From: Pseudogymnoascus verrucosus
Taxonomy: Eukaryota
Reading direction: 5' to 3' (one strand)
DNA length: 64,000 nucleotides
NCBI GenBank assembly: GCA_001662655.1
Contig: KV460249.1
The notes under the pieces are model-generated. The model was not told where the DNA came from, did no database searches, and was given only the letters and a program-made list of their open reading frames with translations. Each line of letters starts with the position of its first letter. Position 1 is the first letter of the stretch. Position numbers and translations under genes: made by a program. Positions 51,318 to 63,395 of this stretch are shown piece by piece.

Positions 51318-53165
51318 ATGTCAAGCGGAATCTTACGGACAAAGGGTTCGAGTATAGTCGATGCCAATGGAAATGTGGTGTTGCTTCGTGGTGTAATTCT
51401 CGCCTTCCAGATTTGTGCTATCGTCAACTAACACTTACCAGACAGCTCTAGGAGGATGGATGCTCATGGAGAACTTCATGAATGGCTTTCCAGGCCGTGA
51501 AATGCAGATTCGACGAGCATTGGATGAAGTGCTTGGTAAAGAAAAGAGTGAATTCTTTTTTGACAAGTTCTTGGAATACTTCTTCACCGAGAAGGATGCC
51601 GAATTCCTGGCGTCGCTGGGCATAAATTCCCTACGATTACCGTTGAATTATCACCATTTTGAAGACGACATGAACCCAATGGTTATCAAAGAAGAAGGCT
51701 TCAAGCATGTCGATCGGGTTGTTAAAATTGTATGTGCATCCACAAGAATAAATACGTTTCCATATCGCTAATTACAGAAATTTTACTGCAGTGCGCCAAG
51801 TATAATATCTACACGATCTTAGATCTCCATGCTGCACCTGGTGGCCAGTCTCAAGATTGGCACTGCGATAATCCTACAGGCTACGCTGCATTCTGGGATC
51901 ATAAGCATTTTCAGGACCGAGTGATCAACCTTTGGCAATTTATTGCGAGGCGCTATAAGTCAAATACTTGGGTCGCAGGATACAACCTTCTGAACGAGCC
52001 CGCTGACCAGAAGTGGTCGCGTCTCTTAGCCTTTTATGATCGTATCGTACCAGCTGTGAGAGCAATTGATCCAGATCACATACTCTGGCTTGAAGGCAAC
52101 ACGTAAGTTTGGTTCATTTTTGGCTCGGACTACCCGAGCCTATCTTAATCCTCTTCACTATACTAGAATATTTACTAATATCCCCCGTCAATTCAGATTC
52201 AGCATGGACTTTTCTGGATTTTCAACAGTCTTCCCCAACACTGTATACGCGGTGCACGACTACTGCGGATTTGGCTTTCCTAATCGAATTGGCCGCTATA
52301 AAGGAGAACCAGAGCAGGATGTCTACATCCGCAAAATGTATGACCGCAAAGTCGAGTTTATGAAGAAGCACAACGTACCAATTTGGAACGGAGAGTTCGG
52401 ACCCATTTACGAAAGACCGGAAACGAATGCGGAATGGGAGGAACAGAACGAAGAACGCTACAAGATGCTTGACAAGCAGATGTCTATTTATACTGCTGAA
52501 GGAATTGGTGAGTCTTTAACTGCCCTTGTAGGGTCATGATTGATGCCCTTGATTTGCACTGCCTAGATCTGCTTTCTAATGCATTAATTCTCGCAGCTTG
52601 GAACATTTGGTCCTACAAAGATATCAATGTAATGGGCATGACGCACCTCTCTCCTGCGTCTGCCTGGATGCGTCTACTCGCTCCCATTCTCGAGAAGAAG
52701 CGCGCTTTAGCTGTCGACTCCTGGGCCTACGATGATGCACATTTGCAGCCCGGACTTTTCGAGCCCCTTCATCAATGGTTCGCGGACAATGTGCCCGAAA
52801 AGTACAGCAAGAAATATCCTTGGCAGTGGCGCATGCACATGCACGTCTTTCGTGGTATTAGAGGCATCACCATGGCTGAATACATGATACCGGAGTGGGC
52901 GGATTATTTCAAAGACTTGAGCTACGAACAGCTGGACGAACTGGCAGCGAGCTGGAAATTTGAGAACTGTGTCGGACGTCAGCGACTAAATGAGTCGCTG
53001 GCTTTATACGCGACTATGAAGCCAGGTGATGCGAGATTAGAGGGGAAAGTTATTCAGAGCACAGTGGTCGAAGGGCAAGAGGAGGAAGGCGTGTTTGAGT
53101 TGAGCCCAAGTGAAAAGTTGAAGTCACAGCAGGCGAATGCCCCAGAGGCTGTGGTGGTTTTGTAG
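51318..53165 (+). CDS. Intracellular glycoside hydrolase family 5 (resembles the GH5_22 beta-xylosidase type), 5 exons
   Basis: MSSGILRTKGSSIVDANGNVVLLRG-TALGGWMLMENF, ILDLHAAPGGQ, catalytic LLNEP and WNGEFG. No signal peptide. Confidence 0.88.
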
Positions 53166-53821
53166 TTTGATGATGTAAGAACAGCTCACACGGCCGTGTC
53201 ACTTTGGACTTGAGCGCCTCCTTTTTTTTCCGCACGCGACAATTCCGCTCTACAAGAACTTTCTGCTTGATATACCTCTCCAGTCCGCTGCCAGAAGGAG
53301 GTGCTGAGCCGGACCAATTATATAGTGGATACGCCGACCTTGGTGGTTTCATAGTCAATGAATGAACGTTATACAACAACGTATCGCTCTGCTTATTTTG
53401 ACGTAATAATAAGCATACTTGGAATGCCGTCGGCTTGGAGATAACTTCGACAATCAATCGAGGTTGCAAGAGCCTAGACACAACGTTTTAATTCAAGTGC
53501 TTAGATGTATGGGGGCTTTCCGTATCCACATAGTTTCAAAATCCTTACTTGAACTTGAACATATGGTTTCTCTACTTCATGTGATTTATGAATGTCTCTT
53601 CAATGTACATCAAGGGGTTAAGCATTTGGAGAAAAGCATGGGGCGCATTGTGCCAATGAGAGGGCCGATATAGGGGGTTGCCAAGAATGATGGTGGGTTT
53701 TTTTGACGCGGTGACAATTGTGTTGCGCTCAAATGATATAATTAAAAATGTGATTACAGTATACTAAAAATCTTGCTGAATCCACATTATCCGAGAAAAG
53801 ATGAGTCCGACCTTCCCACCT

Positions 53822-55499
53822 CTATGGCTTCCATCTGAAGGCCGGGTGCTTCCAGTCAAGGTCCTGCTCCTCCTTCTGACTAAGGCCAGCGAGTACAGAA
53901 TCGACATCCTTCTTGCTCCTCTGCCGATTATCCATCTTCATCCAGAAGAGCAGAAGGATGGAGAGCAGGAGGATGGTTGACGAGGTAGCAAGATTGAGGC
54001 CATTGCCGATATGGTAATTGGGGGCGTCGGTCGGCAGGAATGACCAGGTGGAAATCAGACCGCCGACGTTACCAAACATGACATTAGTGCCGATTGCAGC
54101 GCCTCTGGCTGTATCCGAGACGACGTTGGCAGCCACTTGGGCGTTGGTGAGCGCGCCAAAGGAATAGGCGCCGCTGGCGATGAGGAAGGTTGCGCCGTAT
54201 CTGACCATGGGTTCTGTGCTCGCAAGGAACATGATGTAGCCGATCATCATGAGAGGTGCAGAGACGATGAAGAAGTGGTTTCGACGGTCGAATCTCCAGC
54301 TTAAAAAGGGGATTAGAAGTGTGAAGAAGCCGCCGACTATGTACGGGGGGACGGTGTGGAGTTGCTGAGATATGACTGATTCTTTAGGGTAGATGGTTTT
54401 AACGATGGTAGGTGCGAAGAATGCGAGGCCCTGGACGGTGATGTTATTGAGGAGGAAGATGAACGAAGTTGCGATGGTGACGGGACAGAAGATGCCTCGC
54501 ATGGTTTTGGCGTTATCGATGGTGTCTAAAACTTCGGTTGTAGCGACTCGCTCTGACTTAACGCGGGCGATGGCAAGATCTTTCTCAGCCTGGGTTAACC
54601 ATCTCGCAGTCTCGGGGCGATCAGTCAAAGTAACGAAAGCGATGACCGAAAGGCCACAAGTGATGATGCCTTCAATAGCAAAGATCATCTGCCATGAATG
54701 CAGACCACCAAAGCCATCAAGTCTCAGGATGGCAGAGGCTAGGAGACCGCCAAAGGCACCTGCAAGAGGAGCCATGACGATATAGAGGGCTAAGCGGAAA
54801 GCCAACTCGCTTCTTCGGTACCATCTGGACAGGTAATAGGCAATGCCAGGCATCATACCGGCCTCAAAAGCCCCGAGTAAGAAACGGACGCCACATGCAG
54901 CATGGATGTTGGTGACGAAAGCGGTGCAGATGGAACATATCCCAAAACCGAGCGAAATTGCGGGGATGAACCATCCAGGACCGACCCATTTGCAGGCCAT
55001 GGTGCAAGGGATCTCAAAGATGATGTAGGAAATGTAGAAGACAGATAGGACAATGTTATAATCATATTTGACGAGCTTAAGGTCTTTCTCGAATCCCGCA
55101 AGCCTTGCATTGCCTGTGATGATGAGTAAGACAATGACCAGAGTCAGTTTAGGGTAGTACCATACCGATATTTGCACGATCGATGAAACAGAACAGATAG
55201 AGGAGAGCAACGGTCGGGACAATGTATAGATCAATCTTCAAGCGAAGTCTTCGCTCAGCAGCTGGGTCGAACTGCACTAGCGACCGGCCATGTCTTTACA
55301 GGCGGTGAGCTTTTGATCTAGACAGGTGGCAAGGAGGAATAGGTGCTTACCTGTCAGTTGCTGTTTGGCCTCGCTCAGCGGCATTGCGGAAGGCCTCTCC
55401 ATCCCCAAAGAGAGGGGTGTCCTTAGTCGAGACTTCTGGAGATTCCTCTATATGCTTGCCTAGCTGCTTTTCCTCGATGTCGTGGGCAGTAACGGCCAT
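53822..55499 (-). CDS. MFS transporter, anion:cation symporter (Tna1/Dal5-like) family
   Basis: GNARLAG, YIIFEIP, RFLLGAFEAG, YLSRWYRRSELAFR, AFGGLLAS and WQMIFAIEG. Two 5' introns. Confidence 0.9.
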
Positions 55500-55870
55500 C
55501 TTCGTCGTCGCTTTTTAGTTGTTACAGGTGAAGGTGTAACAGAGAAGCTGCGAGGGAACTTTGAGCTTTAAATGGGCAATCCTAGGAGGGGGAGGCTATA
55601 GAGCCGGGGCCACGACTTAGAAATAGATGAATGATAATCCGGCAAATCTTTCGGGATGTGTACCGGGAGTTCTAGATCTGTTAAACCCTTATGCGGGGGA
55701 GGAGTAAGCTGTCTGCAGTACGGTAATGCAGTAGTGCAAGGCACTAGGGGCCGGGGCCAAGGAGCGGGGAAGCGGGGAAGGTTTGACAGCCAATCCATCA
55801 CCCAGTAATTGCAATTCTTGGCATGCTAAGCCACGTGAATATTTGAATACTGATGATGCCCCTTGCGTAT

Positions 55871-55954
55871 GAGTTCCAGTATTCGGACACCAGTGTCCAG
55901 TATTCGGACACCAGCGTCCAGTATTCGGACACCAGTGTCCGAATACTGGAACTC
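55871..55954. mobile_element. 84-bp miniature inverted-repeat element, Mutator-like TSD
   Basis: 20-bp perfect TIRs GAGTTCCAGTATTCGGACAC / GTGTCCGAATACTGGAACTC, with an internal 21-bp unit x3. Flanks are CTTGCGTAT and CTTCCGTAT (8/9 identical). Confidence 0.7.
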
Positions 55955-56144
55955 CTTCCGTATTGCCATGGGGTGCTGTATACACAGTATTATAATGCTA
56001 ACCTCGAATATGACGCAGCTGACAATAATGATTTGAGTCATCTTTCATTTAAAATAAAATAGCTAATGTCAAATCCAACCGCACGACTCTCCTACATCAA
56101 CTTAAGTCCAACAACCAGACCATCCCGAAGTCCTATAGACTCAA

Positions 56145-57963
56145 TCACAGAGACTTATCTCCCTTCACAAACCTAGTGTACACTGTGCCATCGCCAAGCG
56201 TTTCTTTTCTCTCAACCCATTCAAATCCGCCCACATAAGGGATGAGAACACGCCATACAGCCCAGTACACAACTCCGCCCAAAAGGATCGCGATGCCGAC
56301 GAGAGGATACACCCAGTATGGGATTGGAGGAGTGTCTCCGATCCCGCCAGGAGGACGCAGGAAGGGTGCCACTAGTAAGAAGCATTGGCCAGCCAGGAAG
56401 AACAGGGGAACGACAAGCCAAGGTTTAAATGGCCGAGGGAGATTGGGAGCTTTCCACCTGAGGATAAACAGCCCCACCACAACAAACAAGTTGACGACGG
56501 CGCCTGGGTAACCCTCAACATCAAGTATGAAGATGTACGCTGTGCCGGCTGGGAAGGCAACAATGACAATTAGCGACGGGATAAAATGGAGTAGTAATCC
56601 TGCCGAGGGACTACCAACTGGCCAGTTGGAGGCCCAGAAACGTGGGAATGGTATGACACCTTCTTTGGCAAGTTCCTGGTTTACACGGCTCTGCGCAAAC
56701 GTGACCGTTAGAACGTTTCCCAGAGCACTAAGAGCAACAAAGACGGATATGACGCGCTGGGCTGTGTGGCCAAAGACCTTGAGTGCGAAGTACGACGCGA
56801 CCGTGATGCCTGACTTGGAAATCTCTTCCGGCGTTGCCGCAGCGAAGTAAGCAACATTTGCGAGGAGATAGAGGACACCGCAGATACCGAGGCCCAATGG
56901 ACCGGCAATTTTCAGGGTGTGGACGGGCCGGCGCACTTCGTTGAGGACGTATGCCGCGTTACTCCAGCCGACGTAAGAATTCAGAACCTTGAAAAGTGCC
57001 GTGGCATAGGGTCCGGAGCTATGCACGGAACCAGCGAATGCGTTACGGAAGGACGCGTTAGGGTCAGGAATCGTGTCAATGCGACCAGAGAGGACGACCC
57101 ATCCAGTCTGAAGGTCAAGTTAGACAGTAGATCCGAGACCTCCAAATATACAAACTCACCACAATGATGAATACCAGGATGATAATTTTCAGACTGCTCA
57201 AGGCATTCATAGCCCACACGCCTATCTTTGGCGTGAAAGTGTGAACGGCAGTAACGACAACGAGGACTCCAATGGCAACGCCGCGTTGCTGCCAGGGAGA
57301 TGCAACAAGGCCAGCTGCCACCCAGATGTTTGAAGCAAAGACTATGCATCCGCTAGCTGTAAACCCAAGCAAGATGGCCTGTGTACTGAAGATCACAGTA
57401 GCAAGGAACTTCGGGCGTTGATACACAGCTTCAAGGTATACCTTCTCACCTCCAGACCGAGGAAACATGCATCCAAATTCGAGCCATACAAGCAGGCCGG
57501 AAAAGGACAAGAGCAGACCAAGGACCCAAAGCATCAGTGCCGCGCCCACGCTTCCCACACTCCCTGTAATGCTTGCAGGTGTGCTGAAAATGCCAGTCCC
57601 AATTATCCTACCAATGCTAGATGCGCGTAAGCACAGACAAGGGTCGAGGTGTGGCCGCGGTCCATGGCATCCTCGCCTAGGCGCCAGCATGGAGGGACAA
57701 CAGGATGCGAGAGAGCGTCTTACTCACATCAGGAAAGTCGTACTCCATAGTCCTAGGTGACGCCCTAAACCACCAGCAGTGGCTTCGTCGAAGTTCAGCT
57801 CTCCCGGGTGGAGAATAGCATCTGCTTCAGGGACGTCATTGGTCGTCACCCCGCCATATTTTTGCTGCTCATCGCTAGAGACTGGGGTTACATCCGCCGA
57901 CGGTGTCACCGAGGTGCTCCGATGCGAGAAGATATTGTGGAAGGGGGCCGTTAGCTTAGACAT
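56145..57963 (-). CDS. MUP1: High-affinity methionine permease-like APC transporter (3 exons)
   Basis: GLGRHLGLWSTTFL-IGRIIGTGIFSTP, EFGCMFPRSGGEKVYLE, YVGWSNA and SRVNQELAKEGVIPF. Confidence 0.85.
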
Positions 57964-58616
57964 GTTGTCCACGGGCACATGATCTACTGCTCAGAGAAGG
58001 TGATTTGCGTCTCCGAGTAATGGCGGGAAGAGAGACTATAGGGATCAGCACCTCGAGGTATATCCTCACCTTGGGGTCCTTGGGCTCATCGGCACTTTAT
58101 GTAGCCAACACTCGTGGATCCGAGCATGCAAGTGTCCATGACGCCTTTTTAGGCCGTTGCGTCGCAAGCAGTGGTGATACAGCAGCAATATGCATACGTG
58201 ACATCATGTCGTGCTATATGATAACTCAAACCCTCCACATATCAGTGATCAAAATAGGTATTCCATTTTATTTAGTCCCATCTAATCTTCTATATGTTCA
58301 GCCCACGGCTTGTGATAAGGCAAAACACTTCTGGATATGGGGGAGGAAAGGGCAAGCCTTGCCAAGCACGCCATCACCCTTGGCGATAACGAGCACCCTC
58401 TTTCGCTCCTCCTCCCATCCTTCACTCAGATCCTATCATAGTAGGTTTTTTTTAGATCTCCCACTAATGCGTCTTGATGGGTCTCAAAAGCAACTACGAG
58501 GCATTAAAAATGCGTTGGTTAGGTAATAGTTGATATCCTCTGAGATAAAATGACATCGTTGTCAGGCATTAAAGGGGATATACTGACATCGGAAACTCCG
58601 TTCAACTACCGTCGTT

Positions 58617-58897
58617 CATAGTGATTTAACACCTCCATTCTTATAATAGCTGCTATAAATACAACTATTTCATACAGTGATTTAACGCCTCCATTTTGAT
58701 AATAATTACTATAAATGCTATCATTATATACAGTTATTCAACACCCTAATTTTAATGATAGTTACTTAAACACTACTTTTATACATAGCAATTTAACATC
58801 TTCATTTAGAGAATAATTACAAAACACTACTTTCACATAGAATGACTAAACACCTTCATTTTAGCAATAGTTGTTTTAAATGCTACTATTTTATACC
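58617..58897. repeat. AT-rich degenerate tandem repeat, ~56-bp unit x5
   Basis: Unit starts GTGATTTAAC (58621, 58677), GTTATTCAAC (58733), GCAATTTAAC (58788) and ATGACTAAAC (58842). Confidence 0.8.
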
Positions 58898-58930
58898 TTG
58901 ATTAATTAGAGACAGCACGAGAATTGTTTT

Positions 58931-60441
58931 TCATTCGTCATCATCCATATCAGTGTCACTATCACCACTATAATCTGACATGGACTCTGGTAAATCTGTT
59001 AGTATTACGTTTCGAAGGCTTGATTGATGCAAAACAAGCAAAACATACCATCGTCACTAAGACTATCACCATCTGGCGTAGTCACAACCACATCCGATAT
59101 GAGATTATTCACGAAAGTCACCATGTCGCTGTGTACAGAGCACACCCTTGTAACGTTAGGCTCTCCAGATTGGCCAGGCGGAAGCTTGAATCCCACCCGC
59201 ATGTGCCGAGTCCCAACCACTTGACCAATACAGCCAACAGAGAGATAGTCTAGGCCTGGGAGCTTGGCAAATAACTTGGGCCACACGGCGACTCTCTTCC
59301 CATCTTGTCGCTCCAGATACTCAGGCTTCAGGTCTATCTTCCAGAGACTGAGCGACCGTAGGCTTGGCTTGAACTTATGGATAATAGCAAGCAGAACACG
59401 GGGTGATATGGTAAGCATCCCAAAATCCAGCCTTCGGAGGTGGGAAAACGCAACTGGGTCTGGTGACTTGGGTAGTTGAGGTCCTGGGGACGGATTCACG
59501 GGGCCGGCATGGACTACGGGACGGCCCAGCCAGACCATGAATCGTTGGGGTTCGGAATGAAGCGCAGACAGGAAATTGAGGCGGAGATGCGTGAGATTGG
59601 GGGTCTGGCAGAGATAGCGCCTGAGGGGGAAATCGGGATGTTCCACGCCTGGGTCATCGTCAGTCCCGTTGTCGACCTCGGGCAACTCAGGGGCAATAGT
59701 CAAGAGAAGCGTCTTGAGGCTGGATAAGACAGGTGTGACCGAAGGTTCAAAGAATTTGCGTATCTCGAAGGCATTGTAAGGGAGCCCCAAGGCCGCTTTT
59801 CTCAATAAAATCTCGAAGGCTTGCGGCTTGGCGCCTGATTGGCCCAGCGCGTACAGAATCGACGAGAGAGTTCGACTGGCAAAGCGAGTATCTTCTTCTG
59901 TTGCGTACATGCCACGGCTATCGAGCAAGCGAATTCCTACTTCTTGGAATATAGTAGTAGCGCCGTAGCTGTGCCATTGGCCATTATCGCGGACGCGCCC
60001 TCCCGAGCTGTAGTCCCTCAGCCCTACTGTTTGGAGATTAGGCAGATTCCGGAAGGCTTGGGATAGCATATCCCGGTCTTGTCCTGTACTCAACAGGGCT
60101 TGCTCATCAGCGAGTCCGGCGTCGTATCGGTCTGCGCGTGCATTTTGGCTGCGAATAGGCGGATAGTGGCAGTCTTTGAAGTTATCCAGGCCGATAATAA
60201 CGTGACTTAGAAACTGTGACAGTCTCTGGTGGTTGGATATGTCGATCAAAACCTGCAGGCTTGTCTCGGAAAGCATAAACTGCCTCTTGCTGAAGAATTC
60301 CCTGCCAAACGTTTCGAAGAGCGACGCTTCGGCGTACCTGCAGGTAAGGCGCAGTGAACCAAGATCGGGAGTGGAGAGATAAGATGATACCTGGAGGAAG
60401 ACCTCGAGGGGCATCTGTCGGACGAGAGATGGAGAATCCAT
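58931..60441 (-). CDS. F-box-like domain protein with LRR-like C-terminal region
   Basis: N-terminal LVRQMPLEVFLQVSSYLSTPDLGSLRLTCR, plus LPNLQTVGL and PNLTHLRL repeats. A short acidic last exon follows an intron at ~58988-59048. Confidence 0.75.
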
Positions 60442-60860
60442 GGCTACTGTGATCAACAGTGGGATGGTTACTATGATCAGCAGCAGCAGTGGATGATGGG
60501 TGGTTTTAAAGAGACCATGACAATAAATGATGGTGCATAAACAACGCTGGTGTTGGCAGGCAGACGTGCTGCCTAATTGTTTGGTGAACCGTGTCGTGGG
60601 GAAAGTGCGACTAAAGGTCCCTGGAAGGCCCGTGCGGGAACGTCATTATGGGACTTTATAACAATCCCCAAATGAAATTAACGTCTCTCAACCACAATAA
60701 GAGGGGATCGCTTTAACTACAGACCATAAGAGATTAAACAGAAGCAAATAAACATCAGCACAATACACACTCTTAAGTATTACGGCACGGGACATGTTAT
60801 TTTAGATAAGTTTCCTCCTGGCCTTATTAAACGTAATCTACCAGCTTCTACTAGCTATGT

Positions 60861-62614
60861 TCAGTAAACATATTCAAAGTTTGGGTTCTGCTTATCTGTC
60901 ATATCAGTAAAGGCCGTATCGTTAAGATCGTTGTTCTCCATCCCCCCGTTTGCCCTCAACTCTGCACGTTGCCTCTCCTTGACTCTGTTTTCGCGTATAA
61001 AAGAGTAACGTAAGACGAAGAAGAGAACAAGCTCAATGATGTTGGCAACAAGCAACGAACCGATGCCTAGGGGGTATTTTGGGGCTTGCTCTGTTTTATA
61101 GAAAAATGGCGAGGCAATATTGCCGATGCATGCGCCAAACCATATCATGCCTGACACGATCATCTTCTTGGATTGCCCGCCCGTGTTCGACGTGATCAGT
61201 GACAAGCTAAGCACGAATGAAGCTTGATACGAGCCGGTCAGGTAGCTAAAAAGATGTCAGATTATAGACCAAGAAATGAGACCAAGTGGGCTTCAACTTA
61301 CAAGCAGATGAGACGGCCGACATAGGCATTTGTAGGAGCGAGCAGAAACCCCAATGCACCGGCGATAGTCGGGATCATGAATAATGCGCAGATGATAGTG
61401 CGACTATTCTTCGGCATATATCTGTTGCAGACCGCAGCCAACCCAATCCAAATCACCACGATGACTCCTTGGGGGATTCCAAGAAGAGCGGTGTTCAAGG
61501 TATTGAAACCCAGGCCCTTGATCACAAGAGTCGAGAAGTTGGAAATGCCGCCATTGGGGATATTGCTCACGAATCCAAGCAAGGTAAAAAGCCAAGTCTT
61601 GTAGTCAAGATAGGCTTCCTTGATCTGCGACCAGTTGATGCGACGTTGTTCGACACCCGTTTGGTTCCTTCTCATGCGAGCAATCATCAATAGCTTCTCG
61701 TCGTAGGAGAAGCCCCGGAAGGTGACGGGCGAGTTGGGCAGAAGGAGGCATAGGATGGTAGCCCAGAAGGCACAGGCTGCGCCCACGACAATGAACTCGT
61801 ATCTCCATGATTGGAGAGCTCCTTTGATGTTACCAATGCCGTAGCCTGCGAGGAGTTAGCGATGTGTTTGGTTCTAGCGTCTCAGAGACTAACCGATCAA
61901 TCCACCCCCAGCCACTCCAATGCCATTCCACATGTACCATGCGGCGATGCGTGATGGCTGTTCGGCTCTCGTATAATACATCGACGTGATCATCATAAAT
62001 GCCGGATCGGCGATAGCTTCGAAAGCCCCCGACAGGATTCTAAGCGCAGCTAACGTAGCGAAGTTGTTCGCAGCTGCTTGAACCATTAATAATACTCCCC
62101 ACATGAAGATGTTAAATGAGAGATACCATGCAGGCGGGCATCTCTGCATAATCAAGTTGGACGGAATAGCCCAAAAAAGCCATCCGAAATAGAACAATGA
62201 TGACAGCCACGAGTACTGGTCTTTTTGCAAGTGAAGATCATCTTTAATACCAAAGATGGCTGCGTACGACAGAGTTGTCTTGTCGACATACTGTAGATGG
62301 CGAGGTTCACGTTAGCTACTATCTCGCGTGTAATCGGTAATAGGAAAGAATGACTCAATACGTACATAGAAGAAGTAGCATATTCCCAACAAAGGTAATA
62401 TACGTCTGTCAAGCTTACGCTTAAGCTTCTTCTCGTCTATCTGGTCTATAGACTCATCGTTTGGGTATCTTGCGAGAGCCTCTGCATATATGCTATGTGG
62501 TCCATTGATGTTGCGCTCTAGCTCGTCTGCGCTCTTGATGTCGACCGTGTCTCCAGCATTACTCTCGTGCTCAAAAGCCTGGTCCTTTTCATCCTTGTTT
62601 ATAGTAGCTGACAT
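60861..62614 (-). CDS. MFS transporter, allantoate permease (Dal5-like) family, 4 exons
   Basis: LKRKLDRRILPLL, YVDKTTLSYAAIFG, YSWLSSLFYFG, YYTRAEQPSR, NIPNGGISNF and NTGGQSKK. Confidence 0.9.
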
Positions 62615-63331
62615 ATCGGTGACTATGCAGCTGTAGCGTAATAATTTACTAGCTTGCAATGCCGATTTCCTTCTCTAAGCGTCAATCAAACTTGCAAAAA
62701 GGAATATGAATACAGCCAGCCAAAGTACTTATAGCTTTGCCATGTCATGGTAAATAAATGTAGACTGATCTACATACCCACTAAATCCCCTCTCTCCCCA
62801 TGGAGAAATCGTTCTCCTCACATGGGGTAGCTTCGCGTGGGGAAGTTGACAGTCGACCTCACCCCACTAAGCGTATTCATTGTGGGGGATCACCCCTCGG
62901 CAGGAGAGGTGCCTAACGATTGGGACACCACCCACCAAAGCCGTTAGCAACTACAGAGGATAATGAGGGAGCAGAAGTATATACGCGTGCGTCCGTCAAC
63001 CGATAAATGACCGTAAAGCTGTAATTTAGTCGATAAGTTCATGCCCAGATGAAATTTGGCTACTTCCTGGTTGTCGGAATGTTGCCGAGACGCGGCGGTG
63101 CACACCCGCACCCTGCCATCTCAGCCGTCGGCACATAAACGGCATGCAAACTCGGCATATACCTACCCTTAAGGTCCCAAACGGAAATAATATTTCCAAG
63201 TAATTATCCTCCAATAGGAAGTTGTTAGGAGTCCTGTGTCTTTTATTGCACATTGCTTTCCCGTCTATCCCGTAACTCCCAATGCGCCGTACATATCACA
63301 GTATCGTCAGACGGACAGTTATGTTCGGCAG

Positions 63332-63395
63332 CTTAAGATGATATGGCATCGGCTATGGCATCGGATATGCATAGCCGATGCCATATCATCTTAAG
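63332..63395. repeat. Perfect 26-bp inverted repeat with 12-bp spacer, TTAA at both ends
   Basis: CTTAAGATGATATGGCATCGGCTATG (63332-63357) and its reverse complement (63370-63395). Confidence 0.85.

Noticed and set aside
55871..55954. CRISPR-like reading of the 21-bp repeats
   Set aside because: No spacers, eukaryotic context and no cas genes.
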